Positions 1 to 12,085 of a stretch of DNA of 64,000 nucleotides are shown here, piece by piece. This stretch comes from Alphaproteobacteria bacterium (GTDB lineage Bacteria > Pseudomonadota > Alphaproteobacteria > SHVV01): assembly GCA_965261735.1 (NCBI GenBank), contig OZ253470.1, forward strand, positions 3,936,001 through 4,000,000, written 5' to 3'. Every line of letters starts with the position of its first letter. Position 1 is the stretch's first letter. Below the pieces are notes generated by a model that saw nothing but the letters and a program-made list of their open reading frames with translations, did no database searches and had not been told where the DNA came from. The position numbers were made by a program, and so were the translations under genes.

Positions 1-619
1 TGGCGATAGCGTCGCCACCGAGGGGCCGCTCGCGCTCTCCGTTACCGCCTTCGGCGAAGTGGCGCAGGGTCGCGCGCTGCGCCGCTCGGGCGCGCGCGAG
101 GGCGATATCGTCTACCTCTCGGGCACGCTGGGCGATGCGGCCCTGGGTCTGCGCGCTATGGGCGGCGGTTTGGCGGCGCTTTCGGCAGACCAGCGTGCAG
201 AGCTCATCGACCGCTACCTTCTGCCACGGCCACGGCTGTTGCTCGGCGCTCGGCTCATCGGCCTCGCGAGCGCGGTGATCGACGTCTCTGACGGGCTCGT
301 CGCCGACCTCGGCCATGTCTGTGAGAGCTCCGGCGCGGGCGCCACGGTCGAGGCGGCCGCCTTGCCCTTGTCAGGCGCGGCGCAGGCGGCCCTCGCTACC
401 GATTCGGAGGTGCTGCGCACCGTGCTCACGGGCGGCGATGACTACGAGTTGTTGTTCTGCGCCGCGCCCGAGTCGGTCGATGCGATCGCCTCCCTGGCGG
501 TCGATCTGGCGCTGCCGCTCACGGCCATCGGGTGGATCAGCGCCGGCGCCGGGGTCGCGGTCGTCGATGAACGCGGTGCCGCCATGGACTTGCCGAGCGG
601 GGGGTACGCGCATTTCTAG
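1..619 (+). CDS. thiL: Thiamine-monophosphate kinase, 5' end outside window
   Basis: RSGA..GD..Y.SGTLGDA, IDVSDGLVADLGH and GGDDYELLF motifs, C-terminal GYAHF. Confidence 0.93.
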   Translation, partial: GDSVATEGPLALSVTAFGEVAQGRALRRSGAREGDIVYLSGTLGDAALGLRAMGGGLAALSADQRAELIDRYLLPRPRLLLGARLIGLASAVIDVSDGLVADLGHVCESSGAGATVEAAALPLSGAAQAALATDSEVLRTVLTGGDDYELLFCAAPESVDAIASLAVDLALPLTAIGWISAGAGVAVVDERGAAMDLPSGGYAHF

Positions 620-763
620 GTTGGCCCGGCGCGGCGGGGTAGTGGCCGAGGCCAGTACCCGCGGCGGCGGTGGGCTGACAAAGCCGCGCCCGCGGCCTAG
701 AGTAGGGGAGGGACGAGCTGCCTCGCGAGGGGCGGCCGTCCGGTCTCCCGTGGGCGCGGTCCA

Positions 764-1300
764 GTGAACAAGAAACTGATCTTCCTTGGCGGCGGCCTCC
801 TACTGCTCGCCGGCCTTGCGGGCGCGGCCTTCGTGACCCTGTTCGCGGCGCCCGAGGAGGCGGCGGTCGCCGAAGAAGCGCCGGTCGCCGAAGAGACGCC
901 GCCGCCGCCGCAAAGCCGCAAGCCTACGTTCGTAGACCTTGAACCATTCACCGTCCCCGTCACGCGGGGCGGCAAACTGGCCTATGAGCAGCTGCTATCG
1001 GTCAAGATAGAGGTCAAGAACGACCGTGCGTTCAAGACGGTCACCGAGCAGATGCCGCGCCTGCGTGATGCGTTCCTGAGCGACCTCTACAACTCGCCGG
1101 CGTTCATCGATGTCGGCCGCGGCCCGATCGATCTCGCCCCCGTCTCGGAGGTGTTGCTGAGGTCGGCGCGCCACGTGGTCGACCACGGTGACGAGTTGGT
1201 CCTCGCGGTCGAGGTTGCCAAATGGAAGCTGCCGCCGGTGCCGTCCATGCAGGCCTCGCCCGAGGTCAAAAAGCAAGTCAAGAGCTCCGGCGGCCACTAG
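764..1300 (+). CDS. FliL-like single-pass membrane protein
   Basis: N-terminal TM helix, FVDLEPFTVPV and MPRLRDAFL motifs. Confidence 0.65.
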   Translation: MNKKLIFLGGGLLLLAGLAGAAFVTLFAAPEEAAVAEEAPVAEETPPPPQSRKPTFVDLEPFTVPVTRGGKLAYEQLLSVKIEVKNDRAFKTVTEQMPRLRDAFLSDLYNSPAFIDVGRGPIDLAPVSEVLLRSARHVVDHGDELVLAVEVAKWKLPPVPSMQASPEVKKQVKSSGGH

Positions 1301-1330
1301 GTCTTCCACGGCTTCCCGACGGGACGGCGC

Positions 1331-2521
1331 ATGGCGTTCGATCGAACGAAGAAGAACGTTGCGGTGCTGGCGACGTGCCAGGCCCTGGTGATGATCGGCA
1401 ACACGCTGATGATCACGATGAGCGCGCTCGTCGGCGATGCGCTGCTCTCCGTCGACAAGGGTTTCGCGACGCTGCCGGTGTCGACCATGGTGGCAGGGAC
1501 GATGGTGGCGACGGTGCCGGCGTCGCTGTGGATGCGCCGCGTCGGGCGGCGCCTCGGCTTCATGTCCGGCACCCTGCTCGGCATCGTCGGCGGCGCCTTG
1601 AGCGCGCTCGCCATTCTCATCGCCGACTTCCCGCTGTTCTGCTTCGCCACCTTCCTGATGGGCTGCTACAACGCCTTCGGCCAGTACTACCGCTTCGCCG
1701 CGGCCGACGAGGCGAGCGAGGACTTCAAGAGCCGGGCGATATCGTTCGTCATGGCGGGGGGCGTGGTCGCCGCCATCTTCGGGCCCGAGCTCGCCAAAGC
1801 GACGCGCGACCTCATCCCGTCGGTGACCTACCTCGCCTCGTTCCTGTCGCTCATCGGCCTCAGCCTCGCGGCCACGCTCCTCCTGACGCTGATCGACATT
1901 CCGCCGCTGAGCCGCGAGGAGCGCCGGCAATCGGGGCGCCCGCTGTTCGAGATCGCGCGCCAGCCCGTGTTCGTGGTCGCCGTGCTCAGCGGCATGGTGG
2001 GATACGCCACCATGAGCCTGGTGATGACGGCAACCCCATTGGCGATGGTCCTGTCGCACCATCCGTTCGACGACGCGGCGTTCGTCATCCAATGGCACGC
2101 GCTCGGCATGTTCGCGCCCGCGTTCTTCACCGGCTCGCTGATCCGGCGCTTCGGCGTACTCCCCATCATCATGGTTGGTGCGGCCATGATGTTCACCTGC
2201 GTCCTGATCAACGTCCTCGGCGTGACGCTCGCTCATTTCTGGACGGCGCTGTTGCTGCTTGGGGTGGGCTGGAACTTCATGTTCGTCGGCGGCACCACGC
2301 TGCTGACCGAGGCCTACGTGCCGGCCGAGCGTGCCAAGACGCAGGCCATCAACGATTTTCTGGTGTTCGGCTCGGTGGCCACGGCATCGCTGTCCTCGGG
2401 CGGGCTCCTGCACCTGATCGGCTGGGAGGCGGTGAACTACGGCGCGCTCCCCTTCCTTGCCGTCACCGTGCTCGTGGTGGCCTGGTTCGCCACCCGCCGC
2501 GCCCACGCGCGCCCGGCCTAG
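1331..2521 (+). CDS. MFS transporter
   Basis: Many hydrophobic helices, YRFAAAD, IQWHALGMFAP and GWNFMFVGGT motifs. Confidence 0.88.
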   Translation: MAFDRTKKNVAVLATCQALVMIGNTLMITMSALVGDALLSVDKGFATLPVSTMVAGTMVATVPASLWMRRVGRRLGFMSGTLLGIVGGALSALAILIADFPLFCFATFLMGCYNAFGQYYRFAAADEASEDFKSRAISFVMAGGVVAAIFGPELAKATRDLIPSVTYLASFLSLIGLSLAATLLLTLIDIPPLSREERRQSGRPLFEIARQPVFVVAVLSGMVGYATMSLVMTATPLAMVLSHHPFDDAAFVIQWHALGMFAPAFFTGSLIRRFGVLPIIMVGAAMMFTCVLINVLGVTLAHFWTALLLLGVGWNFMFVGGTTLLTEAYVPAERAKTQAINDFLVFGSVATASLSSGGLLHLIGWEAVNYGALPFLAVTVLVVAWFATRRAHARPA

Positions 2522-2684
2522 CGCTCTCGCGCTTCGCGGTTCGGCGGTGGTCGTCTGGCCGGCGCGCGGTTGCCTTGGCGGCGCAACTCTGGCATGGTCC
2601 GCGCGCTTTCGCCGCCGGCCGCCGGCGCGGCCGGGTTCGGCGCCACCGATCCTATTTTGAGAGCAATTCCGGGGGGCATCGTTC

Positions 2685-4763
<2,079 letters not shown>

Positions 4764-4785
4764 GCGCCGATCGGTCTCGCGGACC

Positions 4786-5250
4786 CTATTGGGACCCTTC
4801 CGCGCCGGTGAAGCGGCCGACGTTGCCGAGGAGCTGCTGGAGGAAATTGAGCTTGCGCCCGCCGGTGGGCGTCGCGCGGTCGAGTGGGGTGATGGTCTGT
4901 GCGTCGGCGAGGGAGTAGCGGCGGACGCTGGCGACGCGGCCGGCCGCGTCGAAGTGGACCTCGACGACCTGTTGGTCGAGGACATCGGGCTCGAGGAAGG
5001 CGAAGTGCTCCGTTCGCCGCGTCACGTAGTACCAGGTCTCGTCCTTGAAGGTCGCCGTGTTGGTCGGTGAGCCGAGCGTTTCCGCGACTCTCTGGCGGTC
5101 GTGAACGCCGGGCTGGAGGCTCTCGACGGCGGCCTCGTCGAGGACGTGGCCGTGGACCTCGACGGTCGGCGTGCAGGCCGACGCGAGCAGGGCGGCGCCC
5201 GCCGCCACAACCGCGGCCACGGCTCCCCGCCTGAGAATCGCGCTTGACAT
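4786..5250 (-). CDS. bamE: Outer membrane assembly lipoprotein BamE
   Basis: Lipobox ASAC, LGSPT..TF..TWYY, C-terminal LLGNVGRF; conserved position next to the cytochrome chaperone gene. Confidence 0.88.
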   Translation of the reverse strand: MSSAILRRGAVAAVVAAGAALLASACTPTVEVHGHVLDEAAVESLQPGVHDRQRVAETLGSPTNTATFKDETWYYVTRRTEHFAFLEPDVLDQQVVEVHFDAAGRVASVRRYSLADAQTITPLDRATPTGGRKLNFLQQLLGNVGRFTGAEGSQ

Positions 5251-5359
5251 GGTGGGTCCGGCCAAACCCCTGTTGACGCGCTCCGCGCCGCCTTCTTTAG
5301 TGCCGGCCAAGACTCGCACTGCCGATTCGTACTGTCAATTGCGTCGGTGAGAGGGAGCC

Positions 5360-5899
5360 ATGGCGTTTGCGCGCATGCTGCGCTCGCGCGCGGCCGGCAA
5401 GGCGGCGCGGCGGCTCTACGGCGCCATCGTCGCGCGGTCGCGCCGGCCCGAGTTCTTTCTCGAGGCCGGCGTGCCCGACACCCTCGATGGGCGCTTCGAC
5501 CTGCTCGCACTGAATGCGTCCTTGGTGCTCGACCGCCTCGGCTCGGGCGCAGGCGCGGCGCCCGAATTGGCCCAGGCGCTGTTCGATGAGATGGTCGTGC
5601 AATTGGACCGCAGCGTGCGCGAGATGGGCACCGGCGACCTCGGCGTCGGGCGCCGGGTGAAGGCCATGGCGGCGGGCTATTACGGCCGCGCGAGGGCCTA
5701 TGAGGACGCTCTCGCAAAGGGCGATGAGGCGCTCGACGCCGCGCTCCGGCGCAACCTCTACGGCACGGTCGAGGCAGATGGCGAGGAGCTCGCCCTGATG
5801 GCGGGCTACGTCCGGCGCCAAGCCGCGAGCCTGCGGGCGCAGGCGAGCGAGGCCTTGCTCGCCGGCGAGGTCGACTTCGTACCGCTGCGCGAACAATAG
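5360..5899 (+). CDS. Ubiquinol-cytochrome c chaperone family (Cbp3/UQCC1-like)
   Basis: VPDTLDGRF, DRSVREMG.GDLGV, YGRA.AY motifs. Confidence 0.9.
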   Translation: MAFARMLRSRAAGKAARRLYGAIVARSRRPEFFLEAGVPDTLDGRFDLLALNASLVLDRLGSGAGAAPELAQALFDEMVVQLDRSVREMGTGDLGVGRRVKAMAAGYYGRARAYEDALAKGDEALDAALRRNLYGTVEADGEELALMAGYVRRQAASLRAQASEALLAGEVDFVPLREQ

Positions 5900-5978
5900 G
5901 GACGTGCAGGCGGGTGCCGTCGCCTTATCAACCAGCCGTGCGCTTTATGGTTGTTGCGTTCGGCGTTATCCTCCGGGC

Positions 5979-6203
5979 ATGGCGTACGTTCGACTCATCG
6001 CTACGCTCGTCGGCGTACTCTCTATGTGTGCTGGCTTCATCTTGCCCGCCCCGGCAGCCGCCGCGGAGCGCTATCCGGTGTGGTGGACGCCGGAGATTGG
6101 GAACGAAAGCCTCAACGAGATCGATGCGCTGCTGGCTGAGCCGTTTCCACCCGAGTTCCGGCACAGGCTCTACAAGTACCGTTTGGAGACGCGAGAAAAG
6201 ACC
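5979..6203 (+). pseudogene. Truncated signal-peptide-bearing hypothetical protein cut by IS1595
   Basis: Signal peptide ending in AAAA; the frame runs into the IS terminal repeat and stops at 6224. Confidence 0.5.
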
Positions 6204-7316
6204 GATCCTTGCCTATCCGGTTAACGCCCATGACCGCTACATGTAGGGTGCCGCCACTCTCCCGAGTAAAGCTCGGCATAGGTTGGAGCAGAGGTGTCGC
6301 CCGCGATGCCGAGCAATGAGCGGAAGGCGTTGAACGGGTAGAACCGCCTGTTGAAGCGGAAGGTGAACTCGTTGAGGTAGGCTTGTAGGTGCTGGTGGCT
6401 AACGCCGTGGTGGATACCGATCAGCCACGTCTTCAGGTTGGCGAAAACCAGATGGATGATCGGCAGGTATTGCTCGGCAACCTCTGGATCACCACACTCG
6501 GCAACAGCGAAGTGCTCATAGCCGCGCTTCCCGAGGCCAGCATAGCCGCTCCAATCGTCAGTAACGATCAGCGATCGCGGCGCGACGGTGCTCTCGACGA
6601 ACCCACAGAGCGACTCGGCGCTACGGTCGAGCACGACGGCGAGCCGAACGCGTCCGGCATAGCGTCCGTCTTTCCGGTTGTCGAGCTTGGTGCCCGGCTT
6701 TCGATGACGCACCTCGATGGCACAGGAGACGGGAACCTTGTGGTGAACACCACGGCCTTCCCCACGCGTTCGCCCGCCAACCCAGGTTTCGTCCACCTCA
6801 ACATGGTTCTTGGGCTGTCCACCGATCCTGTCTTGGTTGGGCCGCACCATGCCCGAGCGGAGCTTGTGGAGAATTTGAAAGGCCGTCTCGTAGCGCGAAA
6901 GACCAAGTTGCCGCTGAAACTGCACGGCGGACATGCCGGGCGTCTGACTGGCGACCAGATAAGCGGCCCAGAACCAGACGTTCAGCGGAGTGTGGCTACG
7001 CTCCATCACTGTTCCCACCGTCAGCCCGGTGTTCTGGCGGCACTTGCGGCAGCGCAGGACGCCAGGGCGGTTTTCAAAGTGGAACGGCTCTCCCGCCGTG
7101 CCGCAGTGCGGGCAGGCAAAGCCGTCTCCCCAGCGGGCTTTCTCCAGGTAGGCGGCGCAGGCCGCATCATCGGGGAAAAGTCGCTGGAACTCGGGTAGCG
7201 AATGCGGGAATGGGAGATCGGCGCGGTCGAGAACATCCATGGCGCGCTCCCCTATATCCGGGTTGCGCCCATTCTAGCCCTAGTGGGTGTGGGTGTCAAC
7301 CGGATAGGCAAGGGTC
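6204..7316 (-). mobile_element. IS1595-family insertion sequence
   Basis: Terminal inverted repeats GAYCCTTGCCTATCCGGTT at both ends enclosing a transposase; no flanking direct repeat seen. Confidence 0.88.
6221..7240 (-). CDS. IS1595-family transposase (Zn ribbon plus ISXO2-like DDE domain)
   Basis: CPHCG...CRKC Zn ribbon, VEVDET, VTDDWSGY, YLNEFTFRFNRR. Confidence 0.93.
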   Translation of the reverse strand: MDVLDRADLPFPHSLPEFQRLFPDDAACAAYLEKARWGDGFACPHCGTAGEPFHFENRPGVLRCRKCRQNTGLTVGTVMERSHTPLNVWFWAAYLVASQTPGMSAVQFQRQLGLSRYETAFQILHKLRSGMVRPNQDRIGGQPKNHVEVDETWVGGRTRGEGRGVHHKVPVSCAIEVRHRKPGTKLDNRKDGRYAGRVRLAVVLDRSAESLCGFVESTVAPRSLIVTDDWSGYAGLGKRGYEHFAVAECGDPEVAEQYLPIIHLVFANLKTWLIGIHHGVSHQHLQAYLNEFTFRFNRRFYPFNAFRSLLGIAGDTSAPTYAELYSGEWRHPTCSGHGR

Positions 7317-7337
7317 ATTCATGCCCCCGTCCGGAAT

Positions 7338-7432
7338 CACCCCCTCCCCATCCCTCCCCCATCGAGGGGGAGGGGCCGTGGCGTCCGCCATCGAGGGGAG
7401 GGGCAGCGGCAGCACCCATCGAGGGGAGAGGC
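7338..7432. repeat. REP-like palindrome with partial tandem copies
   Basis: CCCTCCCCC-ATCGA-GGGGGAGGG hairpin followed by two more CATCGAGGGGAG units. Confidence 0.55.
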
Positions 7433-7491
7433 CATGTGCGCGCCGTGCGGGAGGGGGGCGACCTGTTGGCGTCAAAAAGCATGCGCAACCC

Positions 7492-8496
7492 TCAGCGGAT
7501 GGCGCGGCCGATGGGGCCGTTGCGCAGGATGTCGTCGAGGATCGCGGCCTTGGTGCGGGCGATGATGCGATCGCCCTCGGTGCGCAGCACCGCGACCGCC
7601 GCCGGGTTCGCGCCGCGGAAGTCGAAGTTGAAGGTCTGGTGGAAGTTGACAACGGTGCGGGCGGTTGCCGCAGCGGCGCGCCCTGCGCCCGCGAGCCGGT
7701 TGTGGGGCACGATGGCGCCGGCGGCGGCGGGCACGAACAGCTCGGGCCCCGCCTCGCCCACGAGATAGGGGATGCGGGGCAGCACCGGCCCGCCGTGCTG
7801 CTTCGGTAAGAGGCTGGTGAGGCCGCCCCTGAGCAGATCCGAGAGCGGCGCGACGACGCCGACGCGCAGCATGTCGCTCGCGATGTCGTCGAGGATGCTG
7901 GAGGCGATGTCGCGCAGGCGCTTGAACTCGAACTCGTTCGTCCGCACCATGTCGCCGACCGCGCGGGCCACGCGGCCCATGCCGCGCTCCATGATGGTCG
8001 TGACGGCACCCACGGCCTCGGCAACGGGCCCCACCATCGCCGCATCGAGCTGGCCGAACGTCCCGTTGATGGCGCCGAGCATCGCGGGCATGGATTTGTC
8101 GATATCCTCTTGGAGCTTGCGAAAGCCCACGCTCGCCGCCGTGGTGTCCAGCTGCACGCCCTTCAGGGCCTCGCGCAGGGGCTCGTACACCGCCTCGGTG
8201 TCGCGCCGCAGGCCCCTCGAGGATTTGCGTAGCTTCTCGCGCGCTTCCTCTAATCCCTCGGTCGGAATCCGAGGAACGTGCGCCTCCGCCGGCGCACCAC
8301 GAGGCGCGTCCTTGCCGCCCGCCGGCTTGAGGCCGGCGAGGCCCTGGCGCAACCCCGCGAGGCTCTGGCCCAGCGGCGCCAACGTCGCCTTCATTTTCTC
8401 GACCGCCTCGGCGACCATCTTGTGCGCCTGGTCCAAGTCGGACTTGAGACGCGGCGTGTTCAACGTTATTTCAACGGTTGTTTGGTCGTTTGCCAT
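7492..8496 (-). CDS. Short phage/GTA tail tape-measure-like protein (orphan)
   Basis: Helical Ala-rich body and C-terminal HGGPV...YLVGEAGPELFVP...G.IVP motif typical of tape-measure C-termini. Confidence 0.7.
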   Translation of the reverse strand: MANDQTTVEITLNTPRLKSDLDQAHKMVAEAVEKMKATLAPLGQSLAGLRQGLAGLKPAGGKDAPRGAPAEAHVPRIPTEGLEEAREKLRKSSRGLRRDTEAVYEPLREALKGVQLDTTAASVGFRKLQEDIDKSMPAMLGAINGTFGQLDAAMVGPVAEAVGAVTTIMERGMGRVARAVGDMVRTNEFEFKRLRDIASSILDDIASDMLRVGVVAPLSDLLRGGLTSLLPKQHGGPVLPRIPYLVGEAGPELFVPAAAGAIVPHNRLAGAGRAAAATARTVVNFHQTFNFDFRGANPAAVAVLRTEGDRIIARTKAAILDDILRNGPIGRAIR

Positions 8497-8766
8497 CGGT
8501 GCTCCTGCTCACGGCCCATCCATGGGTGCCCCGGCCAACCGGTGCCCCTCGATACCCCGATCCCCTGCGCCGGCGATCGTGGCGGGCCGAACGATGCGTT
8601 ACGTGTGTTCTAGTGCTGCACATGGTACGTTACGCATCGCTCTATGTCAATATCTTGTGCCGCACGCGGTGCCGCGGGCGCCGTCGGCGTTGACCGGATC
8701 GGCGCGCGGCCTTAGGTTGGCGCCGCGTTAGGCGGGCGCATCGAGTCGTGGGGCAGCGCCCGTTCC

Positions 8767-9324
8767 TTGATGACGAGACATGAGACCATGGAACCGCCGC
8801 AGGGGTTTCATCGCGCCGTGCGCGTCGATCGCATGGGCGCGGCCGGCGCCGATCCCGAGTTACGCCGCATCACCGCGTCGGCCGCCGAGCGCCGTGCGCT
8901 GGCCGAACGCTTCGGGCTCCTTGCCCTGGATGAGCTCGCCGCCCAAGCGCGGCTGTGGCGCCAGGGCTCGCGCGTGCACCTGCGTGTCAATTTCACGGCC
9001 GCCGTGGTACAGTCCTGTGTCGTCACGCTGGAGCCGGTATCCGAGCACATTGCGCACACGTTCGAGCGCGCCTACCTTCCACCCGCAGCCTCGCCGGGGG
9101 CGAGTGCCAAGGAGGTGCGGGTCGCGATCGACGGCGACGAGGCCGAGCCCCTGGGCGGCAACGAGATCGACCTCGGCGAAGCGGTGGCCGAGGAGCTGGC
9201 GCTGGCACTCAACCCTTATCCGCGCACGCCGGGCCTCGCGTTCGCCGGATACGAGGAGGGCGAAGCGCCGCGAAAGAGCGCGTTTCGCGCGCTCGAGGGT
9301 TTGAAGGAAAGGTCGGGGCGCTAG
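8767..9324 (+). CDS. DUF177/YceD family protein
   Basis: QSCVVTLEPV and IDLGEAVAEELALALNPYPR motifs; directly upstream of rpmF. Confidence 0.9.
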   Translation: MMTRHETMEPPQGFHRAVRVDRMGAAGADPELRRITASAAERRALAERFGLLALDELAAQARLWRQGSRVHLRVNFTAAVVQSCVVTLEPVSEHIAHTFERAYLPPAASPGASAKEVRVAIDGDEAEPLGGNEIDLGEAVAEELALALNPYPRTPGLAFAGYEEGEAPRKSAFRALEGLKERSGR

Positions 9325-9402
9325 CACATCCACGCGAGCACAGCGCCGTCGTTCATCATCAGGGTGCCGCGTGGCACCGCGGCCCAGCATCCGGAAGGCA
9401 TC

Positions 9403-9588
9403 ATGGCAGTACCGAAAAAGAAGGTCTCGAAATCGCGCCGCGACAAACGGCGCTCGCATCACGCGTTGGCGGGCGCGGGCTATGTCGAGTGTTCGAACTG
9501 CGGCGAACTCAAGCGGCCTCATCACGTGTGCGCCGCCTGTGGTCAGTATGACGGTCGCGAAACCATCGAGGCGCAAGGCGCCGCTTAG
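9403..9588 (+). CDS. rpmF: 50S ribosomal protein L32
   Basis: [19 protein letters not shown], CxxC...HHVCxxCG. Confidence 0.97.
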   Translation: MAVPKKKVSKSRRDKRRSHHALAGAGYVECSNCGELKRPHHVCAACGQYDGRETIEAQGAA

Positions 9589-9621
9589 TCGCCGACCACG
9601 ATTGCCCTCGGGACGCAAGGT

Positions 9622-10674
9622 TTGACAGCTCCGCTGACCATCGCTCTCGACACCATGGGGGGTGATCGCGCTCCCGAACTGGTCATCAAGGGCATCTACA
9701 TCGCCCACCTGCGGCGACCGGACGTGCGTTTTCTCCTGGTCGGCGATCGCGCCCGCATCGAACCCATGCTCGAGCGCTATCCACGCGTTGCCGAGTGCAG
9801 CGAGGTCCGCCACACGGACGAGGTCGTCGGTGATGCCGACAAGCCCTCGCAGGCGCTGCGCCGCGGCACCCAATCGAGCATGCGGCTCGCTATCGACGCC
9901 GTTGGCGCGGGCGAGGCCGCCGGCGTGGTGTCCGCGGGCAATACCGGGGCCCTGATGGGGATGGCGCGTTTCGTGCTCAAAACGCTGCCCGGCATCGACC
10001 GTCCCGCCATCGTCGGCTTCTTCCCGACCCAGCGCGGCGAGAGCGCCATCCTCGATCTCGGCGCCAACGTCGAGTGCGACGCCGAGACGCTGGTGCAGTT
10101 CGCGGTCATGGGGGCGGCCTTCGCGCGTATCGTGCTCGGGCTCGAGAAGCCCAGCGTCGGGCTGCTCAACGTCGGCTCCGAGGAGCTCAAGGGCCACGAC
10201 GCGGTCAAGACGGCGGCGCAACTCCTGCGCGGTGCCGATTTTCCCATGGACTTCTACGGCTTCGTCGAGGGCGACGATCTCGGCACCGGAACCGTGGACG
10301 TTTTCGTGACCGATGGCTTTACCGGCAACGTCGCCCTGAAGACGGCCGAGGGGACGGCGAGGCTCTACACGAGCTTCCTCGCTGCCGCGTTCCGCCGATC
10401 GCTGTTCTCGCGCCTCGGCTACTACCTCGCCAAGCCGTCGATCGATGCGCTGCAAAAGCGCGTCGATCCGCGGGTTTACAATGGCGCCATGTTGGTCGGT
10501 CTCAACGGCATTGTCGTCAAGAGCCACGGCGGCACGGACGCGATGGGCTTTGCCAGCGCCGTCAGCGTCGCCGTCGACATGGTGCTCGGGCAGATCAGCG
10601 AGCGTATCGTCGCCGACTTCAGTCGCTACGGGGCATCGGCGGCGGCGCCCGCCGACCGGCTCGCCGCGTCCTAG
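9622..10674 (+). CDS. plsX: Phosphate acyltransferase PlsX
   Basis: DTMGGD, SAGNTGAL, DGFTGNVALK, VKSHG motifs. Confidence 0.96.
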   Translation: MTAPLTIALDTMGGDRAPELVIKGIYIAHLRRPDVRFLLVGDRARIEPMLERYPRVAECSEVRHTDEVVGDADKPSQALRRGTQSSMRLAIDAVGAGEAAGVVSAGNTGALMGMARFVLKTLPGIDRPAIVGFFPTQRGESAILDLGANVECDAETLVQFAVMGAAFARIVLGLEKPSVGLLNVGSEELKGHDAVKTAAQLLRGADFPMDFYGFVEGDDLGTGTVDVFVTDGFTGNVALKTAEGTARLYTSFLAAAFRRSLFSRLGYYLAKPSIDALQKRVDPRVYNGAMLVGLNGIVVKSHGGTDAMGFASAVSVAVDMVLGQISERIVADFSRYGASAAAPADRLAAS

Positions 10675-10677
10675 CCG

Positions 10678-11649
10678 ATGCTGCGCTCGCTCATTGTCGG
10701 ATGCGGTTCGTACCTCCCCGAGCGCGTCGTCACCAACGCCGAGCTCGCCCAGACCATCGATACCAGCGACGAGTGGATCGTCTCGCGCACCGGCATCCGC
10801 CAGCGTCACGTCGCGGCCGACGGTGAACTGACCTCCGACCTTGCCGCCGCCGCCGCGCGCCGCGCGCTCGCGGCGGCCGAGATCGAGTCCGCAGAGATCG
10901 ATCTTATTATCGTCGCGACGTCCACGCCCGACCAGACCTTCCCGGCCACGGCAACGGTCGTGCAGTACCAGCTCGGCGTCACCCGCGGCGCCGCGTTCGA
11001 CGTCCAGGCGGTGTGCTCGGGGTTCATCTACGGGCTCGCTGTGGCCGATAACTTCATCCGCGTCGGCCAAGCGGACACCGTGCTGTTGATCGGTGCCGAG
11101 ACGTTTTCACGCATTCTCGACTGGCAGGACCGGACGACCTGCGTGTTGTTTGGCGACGGGGCCGGTGCAGTTGTGCTGCGGGCCGGCAAGGGCGAGGGTA
11201 CGCGCGAGGATCGCGGCATCCTGAGCACGCATCTGCATGCGGATGGGCGCAAGCACGACTCGCTTTATGTCGATGGCGGCCCCTCGTCGACGCAGACCTC
11301 GGGCCACCTGCGCATGCACGGTCAGGACGTTTTCCGGCACGCGCTGTCGAACTTGTCGAGCGTGGTGGGCGAAGCGCTCGAGGCCTCGGGCTTCCGGGCC
11401 GACGAGGTCGACTGGCTGGTCCCGCACCAGGCCAACAAGCGCATTATCGAAGGTACGATGCGGCGCCTCGGCCTGGCTGAGGAACGGGTCGTGTGCACCA
11501 TCGAGCGACACGCCAATACGTCGGCCGCCTCGGTGCCGCTGGCGCTCACCGAGGCGGCCAACGATGGTCGCATTCAGCCGGGCCACATCGTGTTGATGGA
11601 AGCCATGGGCGGCGGGTTCACCTGGGGATCGTGTCTGGCGCGCTGGTGA
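10678..11649 (+). CDS. fabH: Beta-ketoacyl-ACP synthase III
   Basis: AVCSGF, PHQAN, ANTSAAS, GGGFTWG catalytic motifs. Confidence 0.96.
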   Translation: MLRSLIVGCGSYLPERVVTNAELAQTIDTSDEWIVSRTGIRQRHVAADGELTSDLAAAAARRALAAAEIESAEIDLIIVATSTPDQTFPATATVVQYQLGVTRGAAFDVQAVCSGFIYGLAVADNFIRVGQADTVLLIGAETFSRILDWQDRTTCVLFGDGAGAVVLRAGKGEGTREDRGILSTHLHADGRKHDSLYVDGGPSSTQTSGHLRMHGQDVFRHALSNLSSVVGEALEASGFRADEVDWLVPHQANKRIIEGTMRRLGLAEERVVCTIERHANTSAASVPLALTEAANDGRIQPGHIVLMEAMGGGFTWGSCLARW

Positions 11650-11764
11650 TGCGGATTCACCGTCGAAACGTCACAAAACTTAAACGTCGCGCTGCATCCC
11701 TTTGATATTGACGGATTTCTATCCTCGCGCTACGGTCTAGCCGAGAAGAAGGGGAGGGACTTCT

Positions 11765-12082
11765 TTGGTCGGGGACAGGACCCTAACGCGGGCCCAACTG
11801 AGCGAAGCCGTGTATCAGGAGGTTGGGCTGTCGCGCAACGAGTCGGCGGCGCTCGTCGAATCCGTGCTGAATGAGATCGCGGGCAGCCTCGCCCGAGGCG
11901 ACACGGTCAAAGTGTCCTCCTTCGGCAGCTTCTACGTCCGCGAGAAGGGGCAGCGTATCGGCCGCAATCCCAAGACCGGCGAGGAAGTGCCGATCCTGCC
12001 GCGCCGCGTGCTTGTATTCCGACCCTCGCATGTGCTCAAGGACCGCATCAACCGCTCGCTGACGGGGAAGCCGGACCTTTAA
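11765..12082 (+). CDS. ihfA: Integration host factor alpha
   Basis: [12 protein letters not shown] motif, VKVSSFGSF, synteny after fabH. Confidence 0.95.
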   Translation: MVGDRTLTRAQLSEAVYQEVGLSRNESAALVESVLNEIAGSLARGDTVKVSSFGSFYVREKGQRIGRNPKTGEEVPILPRRVLVFRPSHVLKDRINRSLTGKPDL

Positions 12083-12085
12083 GCC

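Noticed and set aside
7492-8496. Intact prophage
   Set aside because: No terminase, capsid, portal or integrase gene in the vicinity.
8860-11070. 736-aa minus-strand ORF and similar long shadow ORFs (995-2686, 1222-2931, 50390-51901)
   Set aside because: They are antisense or off-frame to well-recognised genes, have Arg/Gly/Ala-rich non-protein composition, and are expected in high-GC DNA.
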